In this document: positions 19,442 through 29,014 of the stretch, in pieces | Numbering within the stretch: the stretch's first letter is position 1 | Layout: every line of letters starts with the position of its first letter | DNA from: Candidatus Nomurabacteria bacterium | Lineage (GTDB): Bacteria > Patescibacteriota > Minisyncoccia > Phycocordibacterales > UBA9973 | Assembly: GCA_023267435.1 (NCBI GenBank) | Contig: JAHFNH010000004.1 | Span: forward strand, 1,236 to 65,235 | Length of the DNA: 64,000 nucleotides | Reading direction: 5' to 3' | The notes under the pieces: generated by a model | Databases searched by the model: none | Told to the model about the DNA's origin: nothing | Seen by the model: the letters and a program-made list of their open reading frames with translations, nothing else | Translations under genes and position numbers: made by a program

Positions 19442-19542
19442 GTACGAGTATCCTTATTGAAGTCTAAAAAGACTTATCAATAAGTGATCTTCAGTCACAG
19501 CTGAATACAGATATATGGTTGGCGGAGCAAAATCGCCTTACT

Positions 19543-20166
19543 ATGCAAAATAAAAAATTAATACGGTTTGTGGAGGCGGTTATTCTTATGCCTATGATGT
19601 CAGTATCAATGTCTTCTGGAAATGTTCCAAAAGGACCAGTGATTACTGAAACTCCCCAGGTTGTATTATCACAACAAATGAATAAAGGTTTTAATGGTCT
19701 TTTAGCTTTTAACCAAGCTGAAGATCAAAAAGCCGACAAAACTCTTGAAGCTCAAGCGAAAGCCATTGATGCATATTTCAAGGCTCATGATATGCCTTTA
19801 GAAGGCACAGGTATGAAAATGGCTGTTGAGGCTCAAAAGAACAATATTGATTGGCGTCTTTTGCCAGCTATTGCCGCTCGTGAGTCAACTGGTGGCAAGC
19901 ATGCTTGTAAGAAAGTAGCTCATAGTTTTATGGGTTGGGGTTCTTGTAAGATTAGCTTTAAATCAGACGAAGAGGCGATTGAAATCGTGGCAAATAATTT
20001 AGGAGGTAATAATCCAAACACTGATCAGCATTATGCTGGTAAAACCACAAAAGAAATTCTCCGTAAGTATAATTCCGTAATACCAAAATATGTCACTCAG
20101 GTTATAACCATAATGGATGAAATAGGTGATGAAACAATTAATGTAGACCAAAAAGCCCAGGCGTAG
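19543..20166 (+). CDS. hypothetical protein (possible cell-wall-acting enzyme)
   Basis: The ORF track starts at TTG 19519; the first ATG in frame is 19543. No confident family assignment. Confidence 0.4.
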   Translation: MQNKKLIRFVEAVILMPMMSVSMSSGNVPKGPVITETPQVVLSQQMNKGFNGLLAFNQAEDQKADKTLEAQAKAIDAYFKAHDMPLEGTGMKMAVEAQKNNIDWRLLPAIAARESTGGKHACKKVAHSFMGWGSCKISFKSDEEAIEIVANNLGGNNPNTDQHYAGKTTKEILRKYNSVIPKYVTQVITIMDEIGDETINVDQKAQA

Positions 20167-20188
20167 CCGCTCGGGCTTTTTGTTTTTT
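20154..20188 (+). terminator. Rho-independent terminator overlapping the stop codon
   Basis: agccc...gggct hairpin followed by ttttgtttttt. Confidence 0.55.
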
Positions 20189-20246
20189 AGTGTATACTTA
20201 AGATATTAAAATTTAACTGTAATTAATTATTAATTTAAAAAACAAT

Positions 20247-21164
20247 ATGAAAAACAATAAAGGTTTTACGATGGTTGCGATAGCTCTGATTATGTTAGCT
20301 GTTTTTGTTGTGGGTGGCAGTGTTATTTATTTGATTACAAAAGGTTCAACACCTTCTTCACAAAATACAAACACATCAGTAAATAATTCTCCACAAGTGA
20401 ACCAGAACAGTGTTACAAATACAAATACACCTGTTCAAAATAATCCAGTTTCTAACAATCCAGCACCGACTGTCATAGGTAGTAATGCAGATATAAGTAA
20501 ACCTAAAACAGACTGTTTACCAACAACTACTCCTTCAATAACAGTTCTTTATCCAAATGGTGGAGAGGCATTTACTGTTAATCAAAAGATCATAATCAAG
20601 TGGTCGAGTTGTAATGTAAATAATGTAAATATTGCTTTACTAAGTGGAGGAAAAGATTTTGGAAATTTAACAATGACACCCATTTCTGCATCACCAGGTT
20701 CATTCCAATGGATGGCTTCGAATCCTGCTCAGGCTTTTACTCAATCAGGTACTAATAACTATCAGATTGGTATTACAAGTCAGTCACCTAATGTTCTGGT
20801 AAAAAGTAATACATTTACAATTCAACCTCAAGTTCAAACACAACCAATCACATTAATACAACCATTAGATCAAGTTGTGTGGACTGGCGGAAATCAATAC
20901 GATATAAGCTGGATTGCAGGTACAGGAAATGTAGCATTATCTGCTTGCAGTACAAACTATACAAATACAGGATATTCTCCTCAGCAATGCGTGCCTATCG
21001 TAAGCAACCTATCTTCTAGTGGTAGTTATAATTACAGTCTTCCTTCCAGTACCAGTTCGAATTCCGGTTTTGTAGAAATAAAAGCGACAGATTCAACAAG
21101 CACTTATGATAGTCATATTGTGAAAGTAAATAACTCTTCAATATTACCTTTAATAGGTGAGTAA
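20247..21164 (+). CDS. secreted pilin-like paralog 1 (prepilin-like N-terminus MKNNKGF...)
   Basis: Short basic leader ending in G then F plus a hydrophobic helix (class-III-signal-like, but no Glu at +5). Conserved DCLPTTTPS...PNGGEAFTVNQKIIIKWSSCN module shared with the next two genes. Confidence 0.55.
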   Translation: MKNNKGFTMVAIALIMLAVFVVGGSVIYLITKGSTPSSQNTNTSVNNSPQVNQNSVTNTNTPVQNNPVSNNPAPTVIGSNADISKPKTDCLPTTTPSITVLYPNGGEAFTVNQKIIIKWSSCNVNNVNIALLSGGKDFGNLTMTPISASPGSFQWMASNPAQAFTQSGTNNYQIGITSQSPNVLVKSNTFTIQPQVQTQPITLIQPLDQVVWTGGNQYDISWIAGTGNVALSACSTNYTNTGYSPQQCVPIVSNLSSSGSYNYSLPSSTSSNSGFVEIKATDSTSTYDSHIVKVNNSSILPLIGE

Positions 21165-21176
21165 TAATTAATTTTT

Positions 21177-21782
21177 ATGAAAAAATATTCAAAAGGATTT
21201 AGTAGTATTACGCTCATTGTTTTAATTGTACTGGTAGTAGGTTTTTATTATTTTTCAACAATAAAAACGAATACAAATACGAACCAAGTAAATAAAAATA
21301 TTGTTACAAATAATTCTGTAAATAGTGCAGACAGTAATGCAGAAATAAATAAACCTAAAACAGGTTGTTTATCTTCAACAACTCCCTGGATTAAGATTTT
21401 GTCCCCAAACGGTGGAGAGATATATTCTGTTGGTCAGCAGATTACAGTAACCTGGACGAGTTGTAATATACCTTCGAATTCTCTAATTTCATTTCGTCTT
21501 TATTTTAACAATAGTAGTACTATACTTGAAAATTCACTCACAGGTCCTGGTCCTGGAAATGCTGTAAATAATGGAATAAAAAATATTATTATTCCTAATA
21601 TTACAAATAACCCAACACATGGTTTAAACATTATGTGGTCTGGATGGAGTTTAGGCGGGTCTTATTTTAAAATTAAAGCATTTGTAGTTGCACCTATTTC
21701 TGTTAATGGTACTATTGTTGGCACTCCTACTTCTTCTGGAATAGAGGATTTATCTGATAATACGTTTACAATAAATCCTTAA
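21177..21782 (+). CDS. secreted pilin-like paralog 2
   Basis: MKKYSKGFSSITLIV... N-terminus. Shares the KPKTGCLSSTTPWIKILSPNGGEIYSVGQQITVTWTSCN module. Confidence 0.55.
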   Translation: MKKYSKGFSSITLIVLIVLVVGFYYFSTIKTNTNTNQVNKNIVTNNSVNSADSNAEINKPKTGCLSSTTPWIKILSPNGGEIYSVGQQITVTWTSCNIPSNSLISFRLYFNNSSTILENSLTGPGPGNAVNNGIKNIIIPNITNNPTHGLNIMWSGWSLGGSYFKIKAFVVAPISVNGTIVGTPTSSGIEDLSDNTFTINP

Positions 21783-21875
21783 TTAATTTATCTAGATTGT
21801 CTTTTTAATAGGTGAGTAAGATTATAAGTGTGTTATTACTAAATAAGTTATTAATAGTTAATAAAAAAATTTTAA

Positions 21876-22946
21876 ATGAAAAACAATAAAGGTTTTATAG
21901 GTATGGGTTTGATATTAGCAATTATTGCTGTATTAATTATCGGTGGCTGTGCGTATTACGTAGGAAAGAATTCGAATACTACTTCTAAAAATACAAATGT
22001 AAATAATTCTCAACAGGAAAATCAAAATACTGTTACAAATACTCCTGTGCAAAATAATTCAACATCTGTTGTTGTGGGTGGTGCACAAATTAATACTAGC
22101 ACTTCTTCATCACAGCCATGTGCGAAAGGTGATACACCTTGGATAAAAGTTATTTCTCCAAATGGTGGGGAAACATTTACTGCTGGTCAACAAATTACTG
22201 TAAAGTGGACGAGTTGTAATGTAACACCACCAGTTAGTCTTATGCTTGTTAAACACGATTCATCTGTAGCATATACACAAAGTGAAGGACAAAGTGATTA
22301 TGCAGGGTTTACTCTTGGTGGTTTTAATTCTAACACTGGAACACCAGATGATGGTATTCAACAAATAACATTACCTAGTAGTTTAAATACTAATTTAACA
22401 TTAGGTCAGCATTATTTTATTATAGTTGCTGGTCAAGACAATCCATCTTTCGGACCAGGATTTAGTCCAAGAGATTTGTCGGACAATTTATTTACAATAA
22501 ATAATTCAATAAAGGATGAACCGAAGATAAAACCATTTGGAGGAGTTTCTGCTCTTGCACCAGTGGTTATTTATAAGCCAAAGAACAATAATTATGCTAA
22601 TTTGGTTTGGGTTAATTTAGATTCTAGTAAAACACAAATAACATCTTTTCCTGGTCCAGGTGATGTAAGAAGTCCAGTCTCTTTACATGGTGGTTATTTT
22701 GTTAAGAGTTTTGGTGGAAAGGATTCAGTTCCTTTAAATTTAATAATTTCAACATATGCCACGTATACTTCCACTTTATCTCTTGCACAGATGTTTAATT
22801 TAATTTTGGATATGAATCCAATACTTGAATTATATGATTGTACAAATAGTTACCACCAAGATTTTATTGCAGAGGATGTTAAGGCTTCTAATTTAAATAC
22901 CTATATTGATAACAATCAACTATCTGTTAAGTGTGTACAATATTAA
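21876..22946 (+). CDS. secreted pilin-like paralog 3
   Basis: First 24 nt identical to paralog 1 (atgaaaaacaataaaggtttta). Shares the PWIKVISPNGGETFTAGQQITVKWTSCN module. Confidence 0.55.
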   Translation: MKNNKGFIGMGLILAIIAVLIIGGCAYYVGKNSNTTSKNTNVNNSQQENQNTVTNTPVQNNSTSVVVGGAQINTSTSSSQPCAKGDTPWIKVISPNGGETFTAGQQITVKWTSCNVTPPVSLMLVKHDSSVAYTQSEGQSDYAGFTLGGFNSNTGTPDDGIQQITLPSSLNTNLTLGQHYFIIVAGQDNPSFGPGFSPRDLSDNLFTINNSIKDEPKIKPFGGVSALAPVVIYKPKNNNYANLVWVNLDSSKTQITSFPGPGDVRSPVSLHGGYFVKSFGGKDSVPLNLIISTYATYTSTLSLAQMFNLILDMNPILELYDCTNSYHQDFIAEDVKASNLNTYIDNNQLSVKCVQY

Positions 22947-22996
22947 CTAATCAAATTAAAAAACCACCCGTATGGGTGGTTTTTTAATTTGATTAG
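22947..22996. terminator. bidirectional Rho-independent terminator (perfect 50-nt palindrome)
   Basis: ctaatcaaattaaaaaaccaccc-gta-tgggtggttttttaatttgattag between convergent genes. Confidence 0.8.
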
Positions 22997-23004
22997 TATT
23001 TAGA

Positions 23005-24093
23005 TTATTCTAAATACATCAATGTCATTTTGTGATCTTTTGGTTCGAACAATGTGATCTGGAAGTTGTAGGTCTTACCAAGTTCCAATTTTTCACGAAG
23101 TTTTGCTTCAGATCCAAAGGTTGAGTTGTGGACAAGTCCAGCTACTCCTTCTTTGATTGAAACTAATGCACCGTGCTTGTTGTATTTAATAACTACGCCT
23201 TTGATGATATCGCCCTTCTTTAATTTGTCTTCGTACTCTTTCCATGGGTTTTCTTTTAGAGCTTTGATAGAAAGGGAAATCTTACCATCTTTTATTTCAA
23301 TAACCTTAGCACGAACAGGATCGCCAACTTTGAATAGGGTACGAGGATCTTCTACGAGACCCCAATCAAGTTCAGAGATGTGTACGAGACCTTCTAGACC
23401 ATCTTCAAGTTTCAAGAATACTCCGAAGTCGACAAGACCTGCGACTGTACAATCTAGATCATCACCAACATTGTATTTACTTAGGATTTCTTTTTTTTCT
23501 TCAGGATTGTTGTCTTTTTCAGAGAAGATTAGTTTACCTTCTTTTGGAAGAGTAGAAATAATCATAACTGAAATTTTCTGGCCAATGAGTTTCTTTAATT
23601 CTTTTAATATTTTATCTTTATCAGAATCTAGAACGCGAGGGTAGTGATCTGCTTTAAGCTGGGAAGCTGGTAGGAATCCTTGGATACCTTGCCATTCCAA
23701 AATAAGTCCGCCTTTGTTTGCATCCTTGATTTCCAAATCCATGACAGTCTTAGCCTTGATTGCTTTCTCGGCTTCGCTCCATGTGAGGGCTTGTTTAGCT
23801 TCCTTTAGAGAAAGTTCTACATAACCGTCTTCGTTTTCTATGTCAACAACTTTTGCTTTGATAATATCACCAAGATTTATTTTCTTGATTATATCTTTTG
23901 CGTTGATAAATTCTCGTCCGTAAATAATACCTGTTCTGAAAGGTGACAAATCAACAAAGACTGATGATTTTTGGATAAGAATGACAGGACCTTCCACAAG
24001 AGAATCGACTTCCAATTTACTGGAACTTCGATCGACGATAGATTTTAAAACTGGGTTTTCTATTACTTCTACGATTGCTTCTTCTTTTTTCAT
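23005..24093 (-). CDS. rpsA: 30S ribosomal protein S1 (four S1 domains)
   Basis: Repeated S1-domain signatures (GDIIKAKVVDIE..., GDDLDCTVAGLVDFGVFLKL, VGDPVRAKVIEIKDGKISLSIK). Confidence 0.85.
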   Translation of the reverse strand: MKKEEAIVEVIENPVLKSIVDRSSSKLEVDSLVEGPVILIQKSSVFVDLSPFRTGIIYGREFINAKDIIKKINLGDIIKAKVVDIENEDGYVELSLKEAKQALTWSEAEKAIKAKTVMDLEIKDANKGGLILEWQGIQGFLPASQLKADHYPRVLDSDKDKILKELKKLIGQKISVMIISTLPKEGKLIFSEKDNNPEEKKEILSKYNVGDDLDCTVAGLVDFGVFLKLEDGLEGLVHISELDWGLVEDPRTLFKVGDPVRAKVIEIKDGKISLSIKALKENPWKEYEDKLKKGDIIKGVVIKYNKHGALVSIKEGVAGLVHNSTFGSEAKLREKLELGKTYNFQITLFEPKDHKMTLMYLE

Positions 24094-24110
24094 ATTATTT
24101 GCAACTTAAT

Positions 24111-24135
24111 AAAAAAATCCGCCAATAAAGCGGAT
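24111..24135 (-). promoter_or_regulatory. hairpin plus U-tract in the rpsA leader (possible attenuator or translational operator)
   Basis: On the minus strand, atccgctttattggcggat is followed by ttttttt, 17 nt before the rpsA ATG. Confidence 0.3.
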
Positions 24136-24254
24136 ATTAGGCTTAGGTTCTCTAAGATCGAAATCTTTGGAGGGTTACCCTAAATCCATGCTTTTAATAA
24201 ATATTTAAGTTGTACCAACATACTACTACAAAACCATAAAAATGCAACCTTTAC

Positions 24255-24322
24255 CTTGTCTATTTTGCATCCCACCCGCCTCACCCCTGACCCCTCTCCA
24301 AAATAAGATTTTAGAGAGGGGA
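24255..24322. repeat. GC-rich repeat A flanking the DUF559 cassette (…ttgcatcccacccgcctcacccc…cccctctcc-N13-gagagggg)
   Basis: About 80% similar to the left arm of 24975-25064. Contains an internal inverted repeat. Confidence 0.55.
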
Positions 24323-24394
24323 GAAATACAACCTCTTGACGTGCAGAGAGAGAGAGTATTATGAGGGTATTATTATTTTAAATAAAAAATATAT

Positions 24395-24610
24395 ATGGAA
24401 AATGCACCTGTTTCTTTAGAACAAAAAAGAAAAGATATTATCAATAATGCCAAGGGTCTGTTCGCGACTGCTCTCGATGAACTTGGGTCTACGTATGGGA
24501 CACCGATGAAAGGTATGGAAGATGACCAAAAGAATATGATAGAAATGCGTTTGAAAAATTTGGAATCTCTCATAAAAATGATAAACGAAAAACTAAAAGA
24601 GGTTTCTTGA
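24395..24610 (+). CDS. hypothetical small protein (71 aa)
   Basis: ORF with an upstream TTGACG...TATTAT promoter-like element and an (ag)5 run. No family recognised. Confidence 0.35.
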   Translation: MENAPVSLEQKRKDIINNAKGLFATALDELGSTYGTPMKGMEDDQKNMIEMRLKNLESLIKMINEKLKEVS

Positions 24611-24625
24611 TCTAATTAAAATTTT

Positions 24626-24979
24626 TTAAGAGGTATATTTTTTAATTTTCTCCAATGATTTATCTAAGTCTTTTTCTATTTCTGAATTCCAAAATCGGAT
24701 GACTTGGATATTCTTTGATTTTAAATATTCCGTGCGTGCTTTATCGTACTCTTTATTTTCTTTATGAATAGAGCCGTCTAATTCAATGGCGAGTTTTATT
24801 TTTGGTGCATAAAAATCAAGAATGAATTTCTCTATTGGGTGTTGCCTGCGAAATTTTACTCTGAGTTTATTGTTTCGTAGTTCTTTCCAAAGAATTTTTT
24901 CTGCTTCTGTTTCTTCTTTTCTGAGATAACGAGCTTTTGTTATTGATTGTAATTTTGGCATAAGATAATTATACCTCAC
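24626..24979 (-). CDS. DUF559 (Vsr/restriction-endonuclease-like) domain protein
   Basis: FRRQHPIEKFILDFYAPKIKLAIELDGSIHKENKEYDKARTEYLKSKNIQVIRFWNSEI matches the DUF559 endonuclease-domain pattern. Confidence 0.7.
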   Translation of the reverse strand: MRYNYLMPKLQSITKARYLRKEETEAEKILWKELRNNKLRVKFRRQHPIEKFILDFYAPKIKLAIELDGSIHKENKEYDKARTEYLKSKNIQVIRFWNSEIEKDLDKSLEKIKKYTS

Positions 24980-25064
24980 CCTGTCTGCTTCGCATCCACC
25001 CTCCCCATTTTTTTAAAAAAATGGGGAGGGGAAAGGGGTGGGGTGCATTTGTTTTCCTGTCTGG
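24975..25064. repeat. GC-rich palindromic repeat B (gcatccaccctcccca-T7A7-tggggagggg...ggggtggggtgc), flanked by cctgtctg direct repeats
   Basis: Near-perfect hairpin in an AT-rich context. Related to the in-frame palindrome in mnmA (60679-60724) and to repeat A. Confidence 0.65.
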
Positions 25065-25085
25065 TTTTGTTATAATATATCAACG

Positions 25086-25712
25086 ATGATAATCACATAT
25101 TTCGGCAAGCAATTTTTTAAGATAACCCAGGGCGAGATGGTTTTAGCCTTTAATCCTGTTAGCAAGAATTCCAAGTCTGGCATTTCAGCTCACTTCGGTG
25201 CAGATATAGCATTAATTACGACTAATCATCCCGACTACAACGGCATAGACCAACTTTCTCACGGAGAGAGGGAACCTTTTGCTATTAAAGGTCCAGGAGA
25301 TTATGAAGTAAAAGAAATTTTTGTTAAAGGTGTTATGTCTGAGACAACATTGTCTGGTAAAAATTATATCAACACTATTTATGCGCTTTCAGTTGATAAT
25401 ATAAATATCGCTTTTTTAGGAGCGTTATCAAATGCAGAAATTTCAAAAGAAGCGCGTGAAGCAGTCGGCGAGCCGGATATTCTTTTTGTGCCAGTCGGTG
25501 GAAATGGTTTGCTTGATACAAAACAATCCGCAAAACTCGCTTTGTCTTTCGAACCAAAAATGATTATACCGATGGATTATGATAGTGCATCGCTTAAAGC
25601 TTTCTTAAAAGAAATTGGAGAAGAAAAAGCTGAAGCAGTAGACAAGCTCACACTTAAGAGAAAAGATTTAGAAGGCAAGGAAGGGGATGTTGTAGTTTTA
25701 AAATATGATTAA
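25086..25712 (+). CDS. MBL-fold metal-dependent hydrolase (UPF0173-like)
   Basis: ITYFGKQFFKI...LITTNHPDYNG...ILFVPVGGNG... pattern of the small MBL-fold hydrolases. The track ORF starts at 25038, inside repeat B; Met 25086 is the more likely start. Confidence 0.5.
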   Translation: MIITYFGKQFFKITQGEMVLAFNPVSKNSKSGISAHFGADIALITTNHPDYNGIDQLSHGEREPFAIKGPGDYEVKEIFVKGVMSETTLSGKNYINTIYALSVDNINIAFLGALSNAEISKEAREAVGEPDILFVPVGGNGLLDTKQSAKLALSFEPKMIIPMDYDSASLKAFLKEIGEEKAEAVDKLTLKRKDLEGKEGDVVVLKYD

Positions 25713-25977
25713 TTATACTAAAACAAAAGTTAAAAAAGCAGTCCATCATTTGAGACGTCAGCCAGAAGAAACTAGAAGGCACATTTCTCATGTCATTACA
25801 GCCATAGCAGCTGTTATCATGATAATTTTGTGGACCTATTCTTTAGGCAGGAGTTTGAGTAATCCTGAAAAAAAGGTTCAAATAAAAAATGATTTGCAGC
25901 CGTTTTCAGTTTTGAAAGATAATTTAGTTGGTGGGTATAATAGTATTTCAGTACCAAGTGGTAATGTGGTAAGATAA
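25705..25977 (+). CDS. small membrane-anchored protein, hypothetical
   Basis: Single TM ([15 protein letters not shown]), immediately upstream of gyrA. Confidence 0.35.
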   Translation: MINYTKTKVKKAVHHLRRQPEETRRHISHVITAIAAVIMIILWTYSLGRSLSNPEKKVQIKNDLQPFSVLKDNLVGGYNSISVPSGNVVR

Positions 25978-25982
25978 TTTTT

Positions 25983-28445
25983 ATGGCAAAGAAACCTGTA
26001 GCACCAGTTGAAGAAACACCTCGCACAGACGGAATCCTTCCAGTCAATATTGTGACAGAAATGAAAGAATCGTATTTGGCATATGCCATGTCGGTTATCA
26101 CTGCGCGTGCCTTGCCAGATGTCAGAGACGGATTGAAGCCAGTGCATAGAAGAATTCTTTTCGCTATGAATGAAATGGGCTTGACTTCTTCTTCACGTTT
26201 CAGAAAATCTGCAGCAGTAGTGGGAGATGTGTTGGGAAAATATCATCCTCATGGAGACGTCGCTGTGTATGATTCGATGGTGAATATGGCGCAAGAATTT
26301 TCTTATCGTTATCCTTTGATTTTAGGACAAGGAAATTTCGGTTCGATAGATGGCGATAACGCCGCGGCGATGCGTTATACCGAAGCCAAGATGTCAAAGA
26401 TTTCCTCTGAACTTCTACGAGATTTAGAAAAAGAAACCGTTGATTTTAGACCAAACTACGACCAGACTCGCAAAGAACCCATTGTGCTTCCTTCAGCTGT
26501 TCCAGCGCTTCTTTTGAACGGTACATTGGGTATTGCTGTCGGTATGGCGACAAATATCCCTTCACATAATTTAGCGGAGGTAATAGACGCCACAACTCAT
26601 TTAATCGATAACGAAGATGCAACCACCGAAGATTTAATGCAATTTGTGAAAGGTCCCGATTTCCCAACAGGCGGAATAGCTTATGGATACAAGGATATGC
26701 TTCATGCGTACTCGACAGGGCGCGGAGGGGTTGTTTGTCGTGGAGAAGCAGAAATCATAGAGCAAAAAGGCGGATTATTCCAAATAATAATTACGTCAAT
26801 TCCTTTCCGTGTTAATAAAGCCAATTTAATAATGGCTATTGCTGAATTGGTTCAAGAAAAGAAACTGGAAGGCATAAAGGGTTTGCGAGATGAATCTACG
26901 AGAGATATTAGAGTTGTGATTGATTTGAAGTCTGGCGCGCACCCTGAAAAAGTTTTAAATTATATTTATAAAAATACCCAGCTTGAATCAAATTTCAATT
27001 TTAATATCGTGGCCTTGGTAGATGGCGTGCCTCAGACACTCTCACTCAAATCAATTCTTTCTGAATTTATTTCACACAGAAAGGAGGTTGTAAAAAGGAG
27101 ATTACAATACGATTTACGCAGAGCAGAAGAGCGTGAGCATATTTTGCTTGGCTTGAAAAAGGCGCTCGATAAGATAGATAAAGTTATCAGTATTATTCGT
27201 GCATCCAAAGATGCAGGGCTTGCAAAACTTAATTTAATAAAAGAATTTAAATTCTCTGATTTACAAGCGACTGCAATTCTTGAAATGAAGTTGCAGAAAT
27301 TGGCAGGCCTTGAGAGGAAAGCAGTTGAGAATGAATTGGCAGAAAAGCAGAAATTCATAAAAGAAGTAAAAGAACTTTTAGCAAATGCAAAGAAGATGTT
27401 GAAAGTTATTTCAGATGAATTAAAAGAAATTCGCGATAAATATGCCGATGAAAGAAGAACCAAGATAGTGAAAGGCGGAATAAAAGAAATTTCCGACGAA
27501 GATTTAATTCCAGAAAAAGAAACAATGCTGGTGTTTACTGCGGGCGGTTATGTAAAACGCACAGATCCTTCTGAATACCGCTCACAAAAAAGAGGCGGTG
27601 TTGGAGTTGTTGATCTTGAAACAAAAGAAGAAGATTTTGTGACGATGTTGGTCAGTGGTTCTACTCATAGTGATTTATTATTTTTTACCAATTTAGGTAA
27701 AGCTTATCAGATAAAAATGTATGACATTCCAGAAGGTCGCCGTGCGACAAAAGGCAAGTCGATTATGAATTTCCTTTCACTTTCAGGCGATGAAAAAGTG
27801 ACTTCTATTTTGCCAATGCCAAAGGAACTTAAAAAATCCCCAATCTCATTGATGTTGGTTACAAAAAATGGAACAGCTAAAAAAATGTCTGGAGAGAGTT
27901 TTAAAGATGTACGCCGAAGCGGAATTATTTCTATTCGCTTGGATAAGGGCGATGAGCTTTCAACTGCTCTTTCTGTAGATAAAGGTGATGAAGTTATGAT
28001 TGCGACTGAAAATGGACAATCTATCAGATTTAAAGAATCAGATATTCGTGAAATGGGACGCACAGCCGGAGGTGTCAGAGGAATAAATCTTGGAAAAGGT
28101 GATACTGTTATCGGTGTGGATGTTGTTAAAAAAGAAAACAAAGCTGGAGCATTTTTGACAATGAGTGCAAACGGCTTGGGTAAGAAAACAAAACTTTCTG
28201 AATACAAAGTCCAGAAGCGCGGAGGTTCTGGTATTAAGACAGCGAAAGTTACTCCTAAAACAGGAAAGTTAATCGTTTCCAAAGTTCTAACAGGCGAGGA
28301 GGAAGAAATCATCGCTATGTCCAAAAAAGGACAAGTCATCAGAACAGCTCTAAAAGATATTCCATCTCTCGGCCGTCAGACACAAGGTGTTACCATAATG
28401 CGTCTACGCGGTGGCGATGGTATTGCATCTATCGCTTGTGTTTAA
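25983..28445 (+). CDS. gyrA: DNA gyrase subunit A
   Basis: [31 protein letters not shown], and GyrA box-like C-terminal repeats. Confidence 0.95.
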   Translation: MAKKPVAPVEETPRTDGILPVNIVTEMKESYLAYAMSVITARALPDVRDGLKPVHRRILFAMNEMGLTSSSRFRKSAAVVGDVLGKYHPHGDVAVYDSMVNMAQEFSYRYPLILGQGNFGSIDGDNAAAMRYTEAKMSKISSELLRDLEKETVDFRPNYDQTRKEPIVLPSAVPALLLNGTLGIAVGMATNIPSHNLAEVIDATTHLIDNEDATTEDLMQFVKGPDFPTGGIAYGYKDMLHAYSTGRGGVVCRGEAEIIEQKGGLFQIIITSIPFRVNKANLIMAIAELVQEKKLEGIKGLRDESTRDIRVVIDLKSGAHPEKVLNYIYKNTQLESNFNFNIVALVDGVPQTLSLKSILSEFISHRKEVVKRRLQYDLRRAEEREHILLGLKKALDKIDKVISIIRASKDAGLAKLNLIKEFKFSDLQATAILEMKLQKLAGLERKAVENELAEKQKFIKEVKELLANAKKMLKVISDELKEIRDKYADERRTKIVKGGIKEISDEDLIPEKETMLVFTAGGYVKRTDPSEYRSQKRGGVGVVDLETKEEDFVTMLVSGSTHSDLLFFTNLGKAYQIKMYDIPEGRRATKGKSIMNFLSLSGDEKVTSILPMPKELKKSPISLMLVTKNGTAKKMSGESFKDVRRSGIISIRLDKGDELSTALSVDKGDEVMIATENGQSIRFKESDIREMGRTAGGVRGINLGKGDTVIGVDVVKKENKAGAFLTMSANGLGKKTKLSEYKVQKRGGSGIKTAKVTPKTGKLIVSKVLTGEEEEIIAMSKKGQVIRTALKDIPSLGRQTQGVTIMRLRGGDGIASIACV

Positions 28446-28473
28446 AAAGCTTTTTTAGTGTTATTATATAAAT

Positions 28474-29007
28474 ATGTTTGCCGATCCGGAAAAAATTTTA
28501 AAGCAAATTGGTATTCAGGATAATATGATTGTCGCGGACTTGGGCGCTGGTTCAGGCTTTTATTCTATTTTGGCTGCGCAAATGGCGTCAAACGGAAAAG
28601 TCTACGCTGTTGAAATACAGAAAGATTTTTTGACGACAATTAAAAATAAAGCAAACGATGCGCATTTGAATAATTTGGAAACTATTTGGGGAGATGTTGA
28701 GCAAGTTGGAGGTACAAAATTAAAAGATGAAATTATAGATAGAGTAATCGCTTCAAATGTTTTATTTCAAATCGTAAATAAACAGAAATTTATAGATGAA
28801 GCTTTTAGAATTTTAAAACCGGAAGGGAAGATACTTCTGATTGATTGGACAGATGCAATGGAAGTTTTGAGACCAAAAAAAGAGGTTATTATAAACAAAG
28901 AACAAGCCCGTGAAATGTTTGAGAAAAAAGGTTTTGTTTATGAGCGGGATATTGATGCTGGAATGCACCATTATGGTATGATATTAAAGAAGGTTGTAAA
29001 TGCGTAG
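28474..29007 (+). CDS. class I SAM-dependent methyltransferase
   Basis: VADLGAGSGFYSILAA motif I, short Rossmann-fold MTase. Confidence 0.6.
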   Translation: MFADPEKILKQIGIQDNMIVADLGAGSGFYSILAAQMASNGKVYAVEIQKDFLTTIKNKANDAHLNNLETIWGDVEQVGGTKLKDEIIDRVIASNVLFQIVNKQKFIDEAFRILKPEGKILLIDWTDAMEVLRPKKEVIINKEQAREMFEKKGFVYERDIDAGMHHYGMILKKVVNA

Positions 29008-29014
29008 ATAATAT

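Noticed and set aside
19519-19542. TTG start for the 19519 ORF
   Set aside because: The in-frame ATG at 19543 is more plausible; the upstream ATG at 19515 is out of frame and hits a stop after 12 codons.
23126-23644. 172-aa plus-strand ORF antisense to rpsA
   Set aside because: Ser/Pro-rich low complexity, entirely within the conserved S1 coding region on the other strand.
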